Assembly: GCA_002269645.1 (NCBI GenBank)
Contig: NIVC01001573.1
Span: forward strand, 124,001-188,000
DNA: 64,000 bases
Source: Macrostomum lignano
Taxonomy: Eukaryota
Direction: 5' to 3'
Shown: piece after piece, positions 35,101 through 46,015 of the stretch
Numbering within the stretch: the stretch's first letter is position 1
Layout of the letters: the number at the start of each line of letters is the position of its first letter
Notes under the pieces: model-generated
Told to the model about the DNA's origin: nothing
Databases searched by the model: none
Seen by the model: only the letters and a program-made list of their open reading frames with translations
Translations under genes and position numbers: made by a program

Positions 35101-38100
35101 AATCCTCAGACCCATGGCTACTCAATCCCCAGACCAATAACTACTTAATCCTCAGACCCATGGCTACTCAATCCTCAGACCCATGGCTACTCAATCCTCA
35201 GACCCATGGCTACTCAATTCTCACACCCATATGACTACTCAGTCCTCAGACTCATGGCTACTCAACCCTCAGACCCATGGCTACTCAATTCTCACACCCA
35301 TATGACTACTCAGTCCTCAGACTCATGGCTACTCAATCCTCAGTCCATATGGCTACTCAACCCTCAGACCCATGGCTACTCAATCCTCAGACCATATGGC
35401 TACTCAACCCTCAGACCCATGGCTACTCAATCCTCAGACCCATGGCTACTCAATCCTCAGACCCATGGCTACTCAATCCTCAGACCCATGGCTACTCAAT
35501 CCTCAGACCATATGGCTACTCAACCCTCAGACCCATGGCTACTCAATCCCCAGACCATATGGCTACTCAACCCTCAGACCCATGGCTACTCAATCCTCAG
35601 ACCATATGGCTACTCAACCCTCAGACTCATGGCTACTCAATCCTCAGACCATATGGCTACTCAACCCTCAGACCCATGGCTACTCAATCCTCAGACCATA
35701 TGGCTACTCAACCCTCAGACCCATGGCTACTCAACCCTCAGACTCATGGCTACTCAATCCTCAGACCATATGACTACTCAACCCTCAGACTCATGGCTAC
35801 TCAATCCTCAGACCATATGACTACTCAACCCTCAGACCCATGACTACTCAACCCTCAGACTCATGGCTACTCAATCCTCAGACCATATGACTACTCAACC
35901 CTCAGACCCATAGCTACTCAATCCTCAGACCATATGGCTACTCAATCTACTCCCCCTAACTCCCGCACTCTCAACCGTTTCAGCGCATGCAAACTCCGCT
36001 CCACATGGCAGCTGAGCAGAACAGACTCCGAGCTGCTGAGGCTTTGCTCCTCAGCGGAGCGCCGTTAAACATTGCCGACAAGGTTACCGAAATGCCTCAC
36101 GCATGCTGCATTAACCATCTGAATTCTGTCTGACTGACTCGCTGTCACCTCTTGTCAACACATTGCAGACGGGCAAAACGCCGCTGGTTTTGGCCACCCA
36201 AGGCGGCTGCATCTGCATCGTGGACATGATCATCAAGGCTGAGCGGCATCGCGAGAAAGTTCAACGGGTTCTAAAAAATGTCAGTAAAGCATTGCAACTT
36301 TTTCATTAACTTGCTGCCTCTCCAACGGGAACCAAAGCAGAAGGACGCTGTCACGAGATAGAAGAGATTGAAACAACAGAAATTTTGCCCCGGAACTTTG
36401 CTTGCTTGCTTGCCGGTCTCCGGTAGCATTTCATGGAAAATTAGCTTGATAAACTTGCAATTCAACCTCAGAAAAACGAAATACTTGTTTATTAATGTTA
36501 AAATGGAGTTGCTAAGATTTGAAAGCTCAATGGAAAATTCTCAAGTGGAAAAAAGTCAAGGGAGTTTAAGTGCAACCGATGTCAACTTTTGTCCAAAGTG
36601 TTCCCCAAATGTCCGTAAGTTATAAAAACCAACAGAGCAAAATAACAGGCCAGTACACTTGTCGCGTACAGCCAGCCTTTAAAGATTTCCCAAGAAACAA
36701 GGAGCTCCATCCTTCTAAAGTTGGTCCTTGCTCATTGTTAGAATCGCACGCAACCTCAAGCTGCTACTCTTCTGCACCAACCAGGAGCCAAATCAGTGGG
36801 ATTCGGCAGCACAGGCCGATCAACTGGACGCTGCTGCTGCTTTCACTCCTGACGGCTACGAGAACCGCAGCAACATCAACGAGTCTGAGAACATCGACGA
36901 CGAGCTTACGGAGAGCTTCATCTTGGAGAACGGCACCGCTCCGGCCTACCGCCTGCGCGAGTTCAACCAGCCGTACGCCGATGAGTTCAAGTTGTTCCTC
37001 TGGAAGCTGGCCTTCGATCACCTGCGCTACGGAGAGTGGAAGAAGCTGGCGCTGTTCTGGCGCTTCCGGCTTGACCACATCACTGCCATTGAGCAGCAGT
37101 ACTCAGGTGCGGATTCTGATCAAAAGGAATGCAGTAGAAGCAGAGCTTAGTTTGGTTGTAAAGACAATTTAAAACACTAAACAGTCTACCGTTAATTCGA
37201 GCAATGCAAAGTGAAGTACATATGCTTATCCGGCTTGCGCTAGCACAGTTGAATGGGCTCCTCAACGAACTAAGGATAACGAACAAGGCGTCCGGTCAGC
37301 GTCAGCAGATCCTGCCGGGCTCAGTGGGTGGTTGGGAGGGCGGTTATTATCCTACGTCAGGCTTGGGTTTCTATGTTTATGTGAAGAAAATATCGGACTC
37401 AAAGTCAGGCCATCCCGGTAGTTAGGGATTACAGGGTAATTGGCTGGGCTGGGCACTCGAATAAACGAATAACTGAGAGAAGAAGAAACATTCCTCTCTC
37501 ACGGAAACAAGGGTGAGAAAGCCCGTACTCATATAGGCTGGGAATCCCCCAAATGCGACAGTTTGCGCAAGACCGCATGACTCAGTATCTATTTTTAGAA
37601 ACTGACGTCATCTCCCGCCTTAGAGAAGGCGGGGTCCCGGGGCACGTGATTCCCCGTAAACATGAGCCAAACAGTGCAGTAAACATATTTACTGCCCTCT
37701 TGGACTTCAAGACAACAAGGCTTGTCATGGGACTAGCTCACGTGACAAGGGCAAAACAGGCTACCACCCGTGACCTCTGAAATGGAGCGAAGGAAGAGCA
37801 GACCACAGCAGAGAAGCCCGTGGCTGCAAACGATAGTGTAGAGCAAGGGAACGGAGGCGGTAACAGGCAGATCAAAAGAGGAGAGGCAAGCTGCCCAGCG
37901 GCAGACAGCAACCCAGGGCGAGGGCAAGGGAAACTGCTGACAATAGTGGAACGCCTAACAGCTAAGAGCTAAACTAGCGGCTTACCACAAAAGAAAAGTG
38001 TTGTTATTTTTCTTTATGAACGCTCAACGCCTCTGACATACATGTAGCTCACAATTCTCTCGAAACCATGAAGTGCATTACACGAACGCAATGGTTGTGT

Positions 38101-39339
38101 AGCGTTTAGACAGACCAAGATTGTTGAGAGTTGGCACATCAGTTAATCGAGCGCGTTCTTGTCCAGAGTGCGGTTCAACCCTGCTGCAAATTTCTGTGAT
38201 GTCTCTGATCAACCTCGACAATGTGCAAACGTCAACTGCTGGACATCCTCATGTAGTCTCTCATGCATTCCGTCAGCAACCCGACGCTGTGGGCACCTTT
38301 AACAGATGGCCCCAGGTAACTTATGGACTAGCTAAAGATGTCCATCAGCTGAGGTTTGCCCACTGTCGAGGCTTGATCAGCGAAACTAGAGAAATTTGTA
38401 AAAATGTGTCCATATAGTCACCTGGTGCCACCTGCTGAAGGTCCAGAAGCTCCGTCCAGGTGAAGGCCAATGAACAACGAAGTCAGAGTTGATGCAGGCA
38501 ACGTGTGGTCGACGTGCTGATAAAATTTTGAGGCTAATTGTCTGCACTGAGGCGCAGTGCTTATTGGCGCACGGGGGTGTACACTGGCGCTTATGAGAAA
38601 AATTCGACCTTCTGGCAGAATCCTTGAAAACTCTAAAAATTTTGTTTATGGTCCGAAGTTCACAGATCATGGACATTTCAACTGTCAAGTATATTCTGGA
38701 CATTGGTGCCTGGAAGTTTCTTCCATTAATATCAACAATATTAAACATAACATTTGGCAAGACATCATTGTAGAATTTTGAGGGCTCTAAAAGGTAATGA
38801 ATGTTAACTTCGAGAGTGGCCACCCATTTAGTGCTTTCGCAGTACAAATACAACCAAACAATCGGAGAGATCCATGATACAGGCAAATGAGATTTAGTGC
38901 CGTGATATTTAGTCCGTAGTAGCAGATGCTGTAGTACTTACGAATATACGGTCGTTGTACTTGTACGCTCGTAGTTGTAGCAGTTGTCTCAAAAGTCTGA
39001 TTTGTACGAGTTATTTCCTCATTATGTAACTACTCTAAATCAACGAGTCAATTTGATTAATAAACACAATAAGCATGGTTCACAAAGTCCCTAATGACAG
39101 AAATTTCCCAAACTTACGCAGACGAGAAGAGCTACAAGCAGCACGGATACCGAGTCCTGTGCATTTGGTTCCACGGCATCGGCTGGGACACTCCGATCCG
39201 CGGCCTGTACGAAGCTCTGGTGCAAATTGACAGGCGGTCACTCGCCGAGCGGGTCAGAAAGAAGCTGGACCGCTCGGCTGAGTACTATTCTGCCGGCAGG
39301 AAAATCCATCACGAGGGTCGAAGCTGCACTATTCAGTAG
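29178..39339 (+). CDS. ANKDD1A: Ankyrin repeat and death domain protein (ANKDD1-like), ~610 aa. Exons 29178-29235, 30139-30443, 30665-30769, 30847-30945, 31625-31834, 33198-33404, 34352-34450, 35984-36082, 36169-36279, 36785-37106, 39122-39339
   Basis: Phase-consistent GT-AG junctions, 1833 nt total. Ankyrin motifs (LHEAARSG, TALHMAASKGH, TPLHMAAEQN), VDMIIKAER linker, and a death domain (LWKLAFDHL..GEWKKLALFW...AIEQQYSG..SYKQHGYRVLCIWFHG) matching the ANKDD1 architecture as I recall it. Confidence 0.88.
29330..29960. repeat. 20-bp intronic minisatellite (TTTCTGTCGTGTTGCAATGC / ...CAGTGG)
   Basis: Direct; intron 1 of the ANKDD1-like gene. Confidence 0.95.
30990..31340. repeat. 20-bp intronic minisatellite (GTTCTGTTGTGTTGCAGTGG)
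   Basis: Direct; intron 4. Confidence 0.95.
31865..32500. repeat. ~17-bp intronic minisatellite (GAGTAGATAGTGAGGG)
   Basis: Direct; intron 5. Confidence 0.92.
32828..32985. repeat. 32-bp short tandem array (TAGATCTAGAACTCGCTGGTGCAATCTGTTGG), about 5 copies
   Basis: Period 32 measured (32861 to 32893). Confidence 0.85.
33437..34280. repeat. 25-bp highly homogeneous minisatellite (CAGTGTAGCTGAGGTGATGCTTTGA)
   Basis: Direct; intron 6. Confidence 0.97.
34470..35950. repeat. 23-bp-based minisatellite (GACCCATGGCTACTCAATCCTCA)
   Basis: Direct; intron 7. Confidence 0.95.
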
Positions 39340-39716
39340 ACTGTGACGTTCTTAAGCTACATGGGTTCAAATCAAAAACCTTAAAAAAACCTTTCAAGTT
39401 TTCACTGTTCTGAGAAACCCAGTGTCCTGTCCTTATACTTGAGTCATAATTTTAACCTGCCTTGGGCGAATTCCAAAACCTACATTCGCACAGTTTTCAT
39501 TATATTGTTTGAAGCGAATTGTCCTTAAAACAATACTTTTGTTGTAAGCTAATTCGGACTACTCTAAGATCGAAATTCATACACACACTTAAAGCTTTGA
39601 AGGTGCATGTCCGTGGTGGAGTGGATACAGAATATTGTATATTGTAAATATAATCCTTTCTGAGACGAAACGATTTATTCTTCAACATATTCTTCACAAC
39701 ACATTCTTTACAGCTA

Positions 39717-40050
39717 GGGTTGCAGCCTAGTGGTTAAAGCGTCGGACTCAGACGACTTGAAGGTCGGGGGTTCGGTTCTAGACTCAATCGGGACAATTTG
39801 TGTCCTTGATCAAGAAACTTAACTCTGCATTGCTTCAGTTCATCCAGCTGTAAAATGGGTGCCAGCATTAGCTGGGGTAATTGAAGGTGTGTGTGGTGAC
39901 CCCCCCCCCCAGTCCTTGGACTGAACAGCCGAACGCAGCCTTCAGATGCCCCGCGAAATAGCTGCGGCTGAGCTGTCGGTTGCACATCTGCCCATTAAGG
40001 CAGGTGCAATCAATTACTTGTATTATTATTATTATTATTATTATTTATTA
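39717..40050 (+). mobile_element. tRNA-derived CORE-type SINE, copy 1
   Basis: A box (GCCTAGTGG) and degenerate B box (GGTTCGGTTC). Central TGTGTCCTTGATCAAGAAACTTAAC...GCTTCAGTT...CTGTAAAATGGG aligns with the MIR/CORE consensus. (TTA)n tail; a second copy lies at 42296-42593. Confidence 0.85.
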
Positions 40051-40189
40051 CTAAGCAAAACAGAGAATTTAAATAAATTAGAAAAAATAATTTAACATAA
40101 TTTAAGTTTAATTATTCGAGCTTGAGTGTTTTCTCACAGGCAATCCAACAGCAACTCTACGTGAGTATTAAAAATTCTACTGCCCTCAG

Positions 40190-40501
40190 CCGTGACTGCA
40201 GTCACCTGGACGGGTCTCCTGGGAGCAGCGGTGGAGAAGTCGGCGCTCCAGACGGCGGACATCAGACAGAGCTTCGTCTCCGACTAGAAGGCGAAGGCCG
40301 CGCAGCCGCAGGGCTGACGGATGGCGCAATCGGTGGCGCGGTCGGACTGGCTCTGGCAGGCCGATGGTGTAACTTCAGCGGGCTAAATCCGGCATAGCCA
40401 AGAGTAGAGCGCTATAAAATACACTCACGTGACGATTCAGCAGCAGCAGTGGCATACACCGCAGAGCTAATGATCATAAAGTAGCGCAGGCTATGAATCA
40501 T
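40190..40501 (-). pseudogene. Decayed third paralog of the PAN/apple-fibrinogen genes (signal exon 40429-40501 plus a disrupted PAN exon)
   Basis: MIHSLRYFMIISSAVYATAAAESS|gtgagt resembles exon 1 of the paralog at 42795-43929. Exon 2 reads CGCAAFAF*SETKLCLMSAVWSADF with an in-frame TAG and frameshifts. No fibrinogen exons follow. Confidence 0.75.
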
Positions 40502-40504
40502 AAG

Positions 40505-41285
40505 ATCGTATTGGTGAAAAGTCTAGTATCATTTTTCTGCGACTGTTTGGTTTCAAAGTTTCAGACCAGAGTGGATATTTGAGAAGTTTCCAGACCCATC
40601 AGACTGCCTGGAGGAAATGGCTTCTCTAGCTCCTGATCGGAAGCATGTGAAAACCCATGGTCCATGCTTTGCGAGTACTGGCATTGAGAGTAACTTAGTT
40701 TCTTTGCTGACGATTGCGAAAAGGTGAAAGGTGTCTTTTTTCACCAATCTCTCGTCGTTGGAAGGTTCGATTCGGCGATTGTCTTGGTCTAGCATCGGAA
40801 TTTTCGCCACCACGTGCTGGAACCTCAGGTTTGGACTCCGATGCGGTGGCTTCCACATTGATTTTTCGATCCAGCTACTGGTACAATTGAAAAGGATGAG
40901 GATGAACTTTCCTATTCAAGCCATTGTCTCTGCAGCTCAGCTGCTGACACCCAACCGAGTGAGGGAAGCGCAACCTCCTGCAGATCCCGACAAGAAACTC
41001 ATAGCTTTATGCAAGAAACCATACGCTGAGGCATTTCTCTGCCCATTCCGCTGACTACTGAGCTTGCACAAGTTCTCGGTTACCTCAGTCAGACATGTAC
41101 ACTCTCTGTACTTTCCAGGTTGGCCCTCATGGTTCTGGTTTGGATTTTGGTAGTTCAGGAAGCCTATTGGAAGACCAAGACTCCAATGTGTAGTCTTTTT
41201 TAGCCTTACCTCAAATTTTGATAAGTTAGACTAGACGAGCTGATTGATGCTTCCTGGAACTAACTAACTAACTAAATAAGTAAAT
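40505..41285 (+). mobile_element. Decayed 3' fragment of an RTE-like non-LTR retrotransposon
   Basis: Broken-frame peptides RRLSWSSIGI..T / DAVASTLIF / KPIGRPRL resemble RTE ORF C-termini. Ends in a (TAAC)n tail. Confidence 0.35.
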
Positions 41286-42295
41286 CTGGCGCCTCAGCCA
41301 TTGAACAGGCTCTTACGCCACTAGAGAGATATAGGTTCCAAGTTGGGAGTGTACTAATGCACACTTAAATCCTAATTAGAACTAAGAGGACTGTACATCG
41401 AGCCGGGAAAGCGGCGTCAGTCAGGCCAAGAGCGGGCCCTACCCCCGACCCTCAGAGCGTACGCCTACTCCAAACCCAATTGGCTTATCTAAGCCTCCCC
41501 GGGGCTGGCAGGGTTAAGTGAACCTCGGGGGCAGCCCGTGCCTTCTCCTGGGTTAGAAAATGCCAAAAAAGTGGTCCGAAGACCTCCCCACGGCCGTGGC
41601 TACCCGGAGGAGTCTCCCTATCTACCAAACCCCGGGTACTCTTGCCAAGACAGTATCTTATCTTTGAAGCGGCAGGAGGGCTAATCGCCGGGACTATTTC
41701 ACCCTTTGCTTCGCCAACCCACCATTTCTATAGTGACCGTGCCAACGGTCCCGTCCTGCTCAGACTCAGTCCTGGTTCTGGCACACTCCAGCTTTAATAG
41801 GGTCGCTGGCTGTTCGCTCAGAGGGCACTCCGAGGGGGACCGTCAAAGCACCAACTGGAACAGGTATAGGCCTGCTTTCCTATACAGCTACCCACAGCCC
41901 TTCCTGATCCACTATTACCCTCCAACCCAGCCTACTAACTCATTACAAGCTTTCAGCCAGGCGGAGACAAGTTTCACAGGAGTACTGCGGTTAGGCGCCT
42001 CTATGCGAGACAAAACCATAAGTGATAAGTTAGACTAGACGAGCTGATTGATGCTTCCTGGAAAGTCCAGCTGGTCTTCACTAATAGGAAATTTAACAAC
42101 GCCTTAGCTAACTTCCTATTAAAAATTTCTGGAGCTGAAACTACTAAAAGTAGCATAAAAGCTAATCTGCGTTACCCCCTTAAACAATGCCCTACTGCAG
42201 AACCAAAACTGAAAACAGCTATTATTTGTATGAATATTAGAAGTTAATATATGCAGACATCGCGGGTTTAATGCTTGAAAACATCTTATTTAACA

Positions 42296-42593
42296 ATAAT
42301 AATAATAATTGATTACACCTGCCCGGGCAGATGTGCAACCGACAGCTCAGCCGCAGCTATTTCGCAACGCATCTGAAGGCGGCGTACGGCTGTTCAGTCC
42401 ATGGAATGGGGGGTCGCCGCACTCCCTCAATTACCCCAGCTAATGCTGGCACCCATTTTACAGTTAGGTGAACTGAAGCAATGCAGAGTTAAGTGTCTTG
42501 CTCAAGGACACAAATTGTTCCGAGTGAGTCAAGAATCGAACCCCCGACCTTCAAGTCGTGAGTCCGACGCTCTGACCACTAGGCTACAACCCC
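42296..42593 (-). mobile_element. tRNA-derived CORE-type SINE, copy 2 (inverted relative to copy 1)
   Basis: Reverse strand shows TAGCCTAGTGG (A box), GGTTCGATTC (B box), TGTGTCCTTGAGCAAGACACTTAAC...CTGTAAAATGGG (CORE) and an (ATT)n tail; closely similar to 39717-40050. Confidence 0.87.
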
Positions 42594-42794
42594 TAAGTCC
42601 TATTAAAACTTGCGTTAAAAGTTGTAACATCTATAAAAAATTAATATGCTGGTACATTTGACATTATAAAATTGTGATATGCGTGGAATAATAGAAAAAA
42701 GAAAAGAAAAATATAAAGAAATCTTAGCGATTAGTTTTAAAGTATTCGGCAGTATCGATAGTTGTTCGACAGTTGATCCAACTGTTGGATATTT

Positions 42795-43929
42795 TTAGGC
42801 AACCTGCAGCAGGAGTCGAACGCTCTTGATCGCAGCTAGGACTCCATATGTAGCACCCGCCCAAATCATTGCGGTAGCATCAACCTCATCAGACTGGCGA
42901 TACTTCCCGTTCGGATTCATCTGGGCGCAGCCGTTGAACCACCAGCCGCCGTTGCCGCTAACACTGGAGCAGGAAGAGTTGTCCAAATTGTCGTTGTCGC
43001 GGTCCATGGTGGAGAACTGCATGCCCTTGTGAACGGTGAGCGAGTCGCTGCTCATGTTGGAGCTGCCATTCAAGTACGAGACGAAGTTCATGGTGTAGTT
43101 GGTGCTGGCATCGCCTACGGTGAAGCCGGAGTACTCAGCGACGAAGAGGACATCCGACCAGGTGACGGCCTCGACTCTCAGCAGCTTCGGGCTGCTGCCG
43201 GTGACATTATGAAGTTTTTGCAGACCTTTGAAATGTTTAGTGCAGGCATAATTTCAATAGCAGTTTCAGACAATCCGGATGCTCAATGCACAGAACTGCA
43301 CCAGCTACTCACCCAGCCAGACATCCATCCCATCTTGAAATCCAACTTCATATTCGGTCCACGGGCGAGCGAAGCTCAGAGATCCACAAACTCTCCGCTG
43401 CATTATTAGAAAGCTTCTATTCCCAACTTGCACTGGAGATGCCGAAATAGAAGTGCATGGATGCGAATCAATGAGCTTGGAATTGCAGTACAAGTATTAT
43501 AAGTTCTACTCACCCCGTGACTGCAGCCGCCTCCGATGGACGGGTCTCCCGGGAGCAGCGGTGGCGAAGTCGGCTCCCCAGACGGCAGACAGCAGACAGA
43601 GCTTCGTCTCCGGCACGAAGGCGAAGGCCGCACAGCCGCAGGGTTGAAGGCTCGTGCATTTGGCGGCGCAGTGGATGGCGTTGCGGCCGGTCAATGACGT
43701 CACTACAGCGGCTTCCACTGTAGACGCTGGCTGAATCGAGAACTCGAGCCCTGATGAGAACAATTCGGTTTATCTCCTACTTCTGCTTGAGCAAAGAACG
43801 CGGAAGAGATTTCGGTTTCTAAGAAGTTTCCATAAACAGGCAAAACCTGCACTTCTTACTTGTATTTGTCGATTCAGCCGCTGCGACGCACATAATTACG
43901 ATCAGTTTTATGACGAGATTCGAGCACAT
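42795..43929 (-). CDS. Secreted PAN/apple-like + fibrinogen C-terminal domain protein A (285 aa). Exons 43860-43929, 43514-43750, 43313-43432, 42795-43225
   Basis: Signal peptide MCSNLVIKLIVIMCVAAAES; CAAKC..C.CAAFAF....LCLL; FBG motifs QRR..GSLSFARPWTEY..GF, WLGL, FSTMDRDND, GGWWFNGC..NPNG. Phases consistent, 858 nt. Confidence 0.88.
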
Positions 43930-44858
43930 GTTGTATAGCCTTGATGGGAGTTGAACAAGACAGTCACAGGCAATCTAGAAGCAGTAGACTTTATATACGA
44001 GGTAAACTGACCGAAAAAGTTTCCTAGGGCTTCTATTATAGCAGTATCATATAATAGCAAAACAAAATGTCGCTATGGCAACACTTCATTATTTTACGCG
44101 GACACACCAACTCTGATAACTCTGTTTACCTCGCTACTCTGCGTAAATGTAATTTGTGAACAAACTAAACTGAAAATTGCCATCAAATCTTGTGGGAACC
44201 CTCATTATGTAATTGCGTAAAGAGTGGCAGTAAGGGAATATTTATTCAAGTAATTAATTTGCAATCTTCAGTGCATTAGTGCCTGTCTCCAGCCCAACCT
44301 TATTGGCTTATCGAAGCAAATTAGCTAGTAAATTGTTTAGCACAGCCTAGCAACCCTTTGTTCGCCCTGACTGACTGAACCCGATCACAATGGCCTGAGA
44401 ATGCTCTTAATGACGAAGTAGACTTGAGTACACTACCGGTACATGAAAGTGTACTCAATACATAAAAGCAAATTATGAGCACCTACAAATAAAATTTTAT
44501 GTTATCTTCATTGTGAAATTCTCAACCAATCTGGATGAAGAATTCATTGTGACAGTTATGTACAGATTTTGCCCCAAATGTAATCGAAGTAGTCACACGT
44601 ATTGTTTGCTATTGAACAACTTTTTTTCCTTTTTTCTCCAAGCATGCATAGAGTAGATTTATCATTTGTTCTACTCTACCAAAGTAGAGTAGATAGAGTA
44701 GAGTATTCAGCCAAAGAAGTTCACAAATCCTCACGGCAAAAAACAGTAGAATACATTCTGAGCTCTTCACGCTGGGTCAAGAAAAATTATGCACGGCCAA
44801 GCTTCCAGCAAAAATAAAGAGGCATTCATATTTCTGTCAAATCTCAGGGAACTCGAGT

Positions 44859-46015
44859 TCAAAGCAGCTCAAGCATGAGTCGGGTGCTCTTCAGCGCGAT
44901 GTACTGCCCGTCAGTGGCGCCCTTCCACATCATGGCCTTCGTGTTGCTCACATTGGATGGGTAGTAGATCGCGTTCGGGTTCGAGTTGCAGCAGCCTTTG
45001 AACCACCAGCCGCCGTTGCCGAAGTAGTTGGAGCAGGACAGGCTAAAGACGTCGTTGTCGCGGTCCATGGTGGAGAACTTCATGCCCTTGTGAGCGGTGA
45101 GCGAGTCGCTACTCGTGTTGGAGCTGCCACTCAGGTAAGAGTCGAAGTTCATGGTGTAGTTGGTGCTGGCATCGCCCACAGTGAACCCGGAGTACTCAGC
45201 GACGAAGAGGACATCCGACCAGGTGACGGCCTCGACTCTCAGCAGCTTCGGGCTGCTGCCAGTGAGCTGGTTGAGCTTGATCAGGCCTGAAGCAGCAGGA
45301 TAGACACCCAAAATAGTGTGGTATGTGTCGCCAGATAAAGAAAGAACTCCTGGTAACATACCCAGCCACAGATCTGTGCAGTCTTTGAAGCCGGTCTCGT
45401 ACTCTGTCCACGGGCGAGCAAAGCTGAGCTCGCCTGCGAGTCGCCGTTGAAACACGACGAACCTTCTCGCTCCAACGAGTTCAACAGGCTCTGAAGCTGG
45501 TCGGTTGTGAATGCGCGCTGCTGGACTACAGATTTCCGCATATGATAGAGAGCATTGTGACCAAATCCAGGCGATAGGCTGTCTTATGTCTTACCCAACT
45601 CAGGCAGCCGCCTCCGATAGACGGGCTTCCCGGGAGCAGCGGCGGAGAAGTCGGCGCCCCAGATCGCGGACAGCTGGCACAGCTCCGTCTCCGGTACGAA
45701 GGCGGAGGCCGCGCAGGCGCAGGACGGCTGTACGGCGCACTGGTTGGCGCAGTCGATGACGCTGTCACCAGGCGATGTTGTCACAGCGGCTTGCATCACG
45801 GGAGCGTCTGGCCGGCTGGAAAACTTGACAACAACTGTGGAGGATTCGGATTTTTCAAATGGTATATCAGTTCATGATGCATGTAGTTGCAAATTAACAG
45901 CGAGTGGCAAATTAAAAAATAGCTATGTGTCATACTCTATTTTTAGCAATACCAGTAATATCACGCAAACAGCGAGTGACTATGCTATTGTTCGAAAAAA
46001 ACCGGTTTTCGACAT
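44859..46015 (-). CDS. PAN/apple-like + fibrinogen domain protein B. Exons 44859-45286, 45362-45496, 45595-45815 or 45834; first exon uncertain (about 45936-46015)
   Basis: Same domain order and phase-1 introns as paralog A in the three 3' exons. The candidate signal exon contains an in-frame TAG at 45980-45982. Confidence 0.78.

Noticed and set aside
29358-35843. Long ORFs 29358..30614, 31756..32526, 33234..34331, 33397..34317, 35206..35820 and similar
   Set aside because: Periodic translations of intronic minisatellites; only the ankyrin part of 29358..30614 is a real exon
41225-41260. CTGATTGA...GGAA as a hammerhead core
   Set aside because: Extra nucleotide versus CUGANGA, no GAAA and no stems
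41485-41540. GCC-TCCCCGG-GGC resembling the P3/L3 of an HDV-like ribozyme
   Set aside because: No upstream partner for P1 and no P2 pairing found by eye
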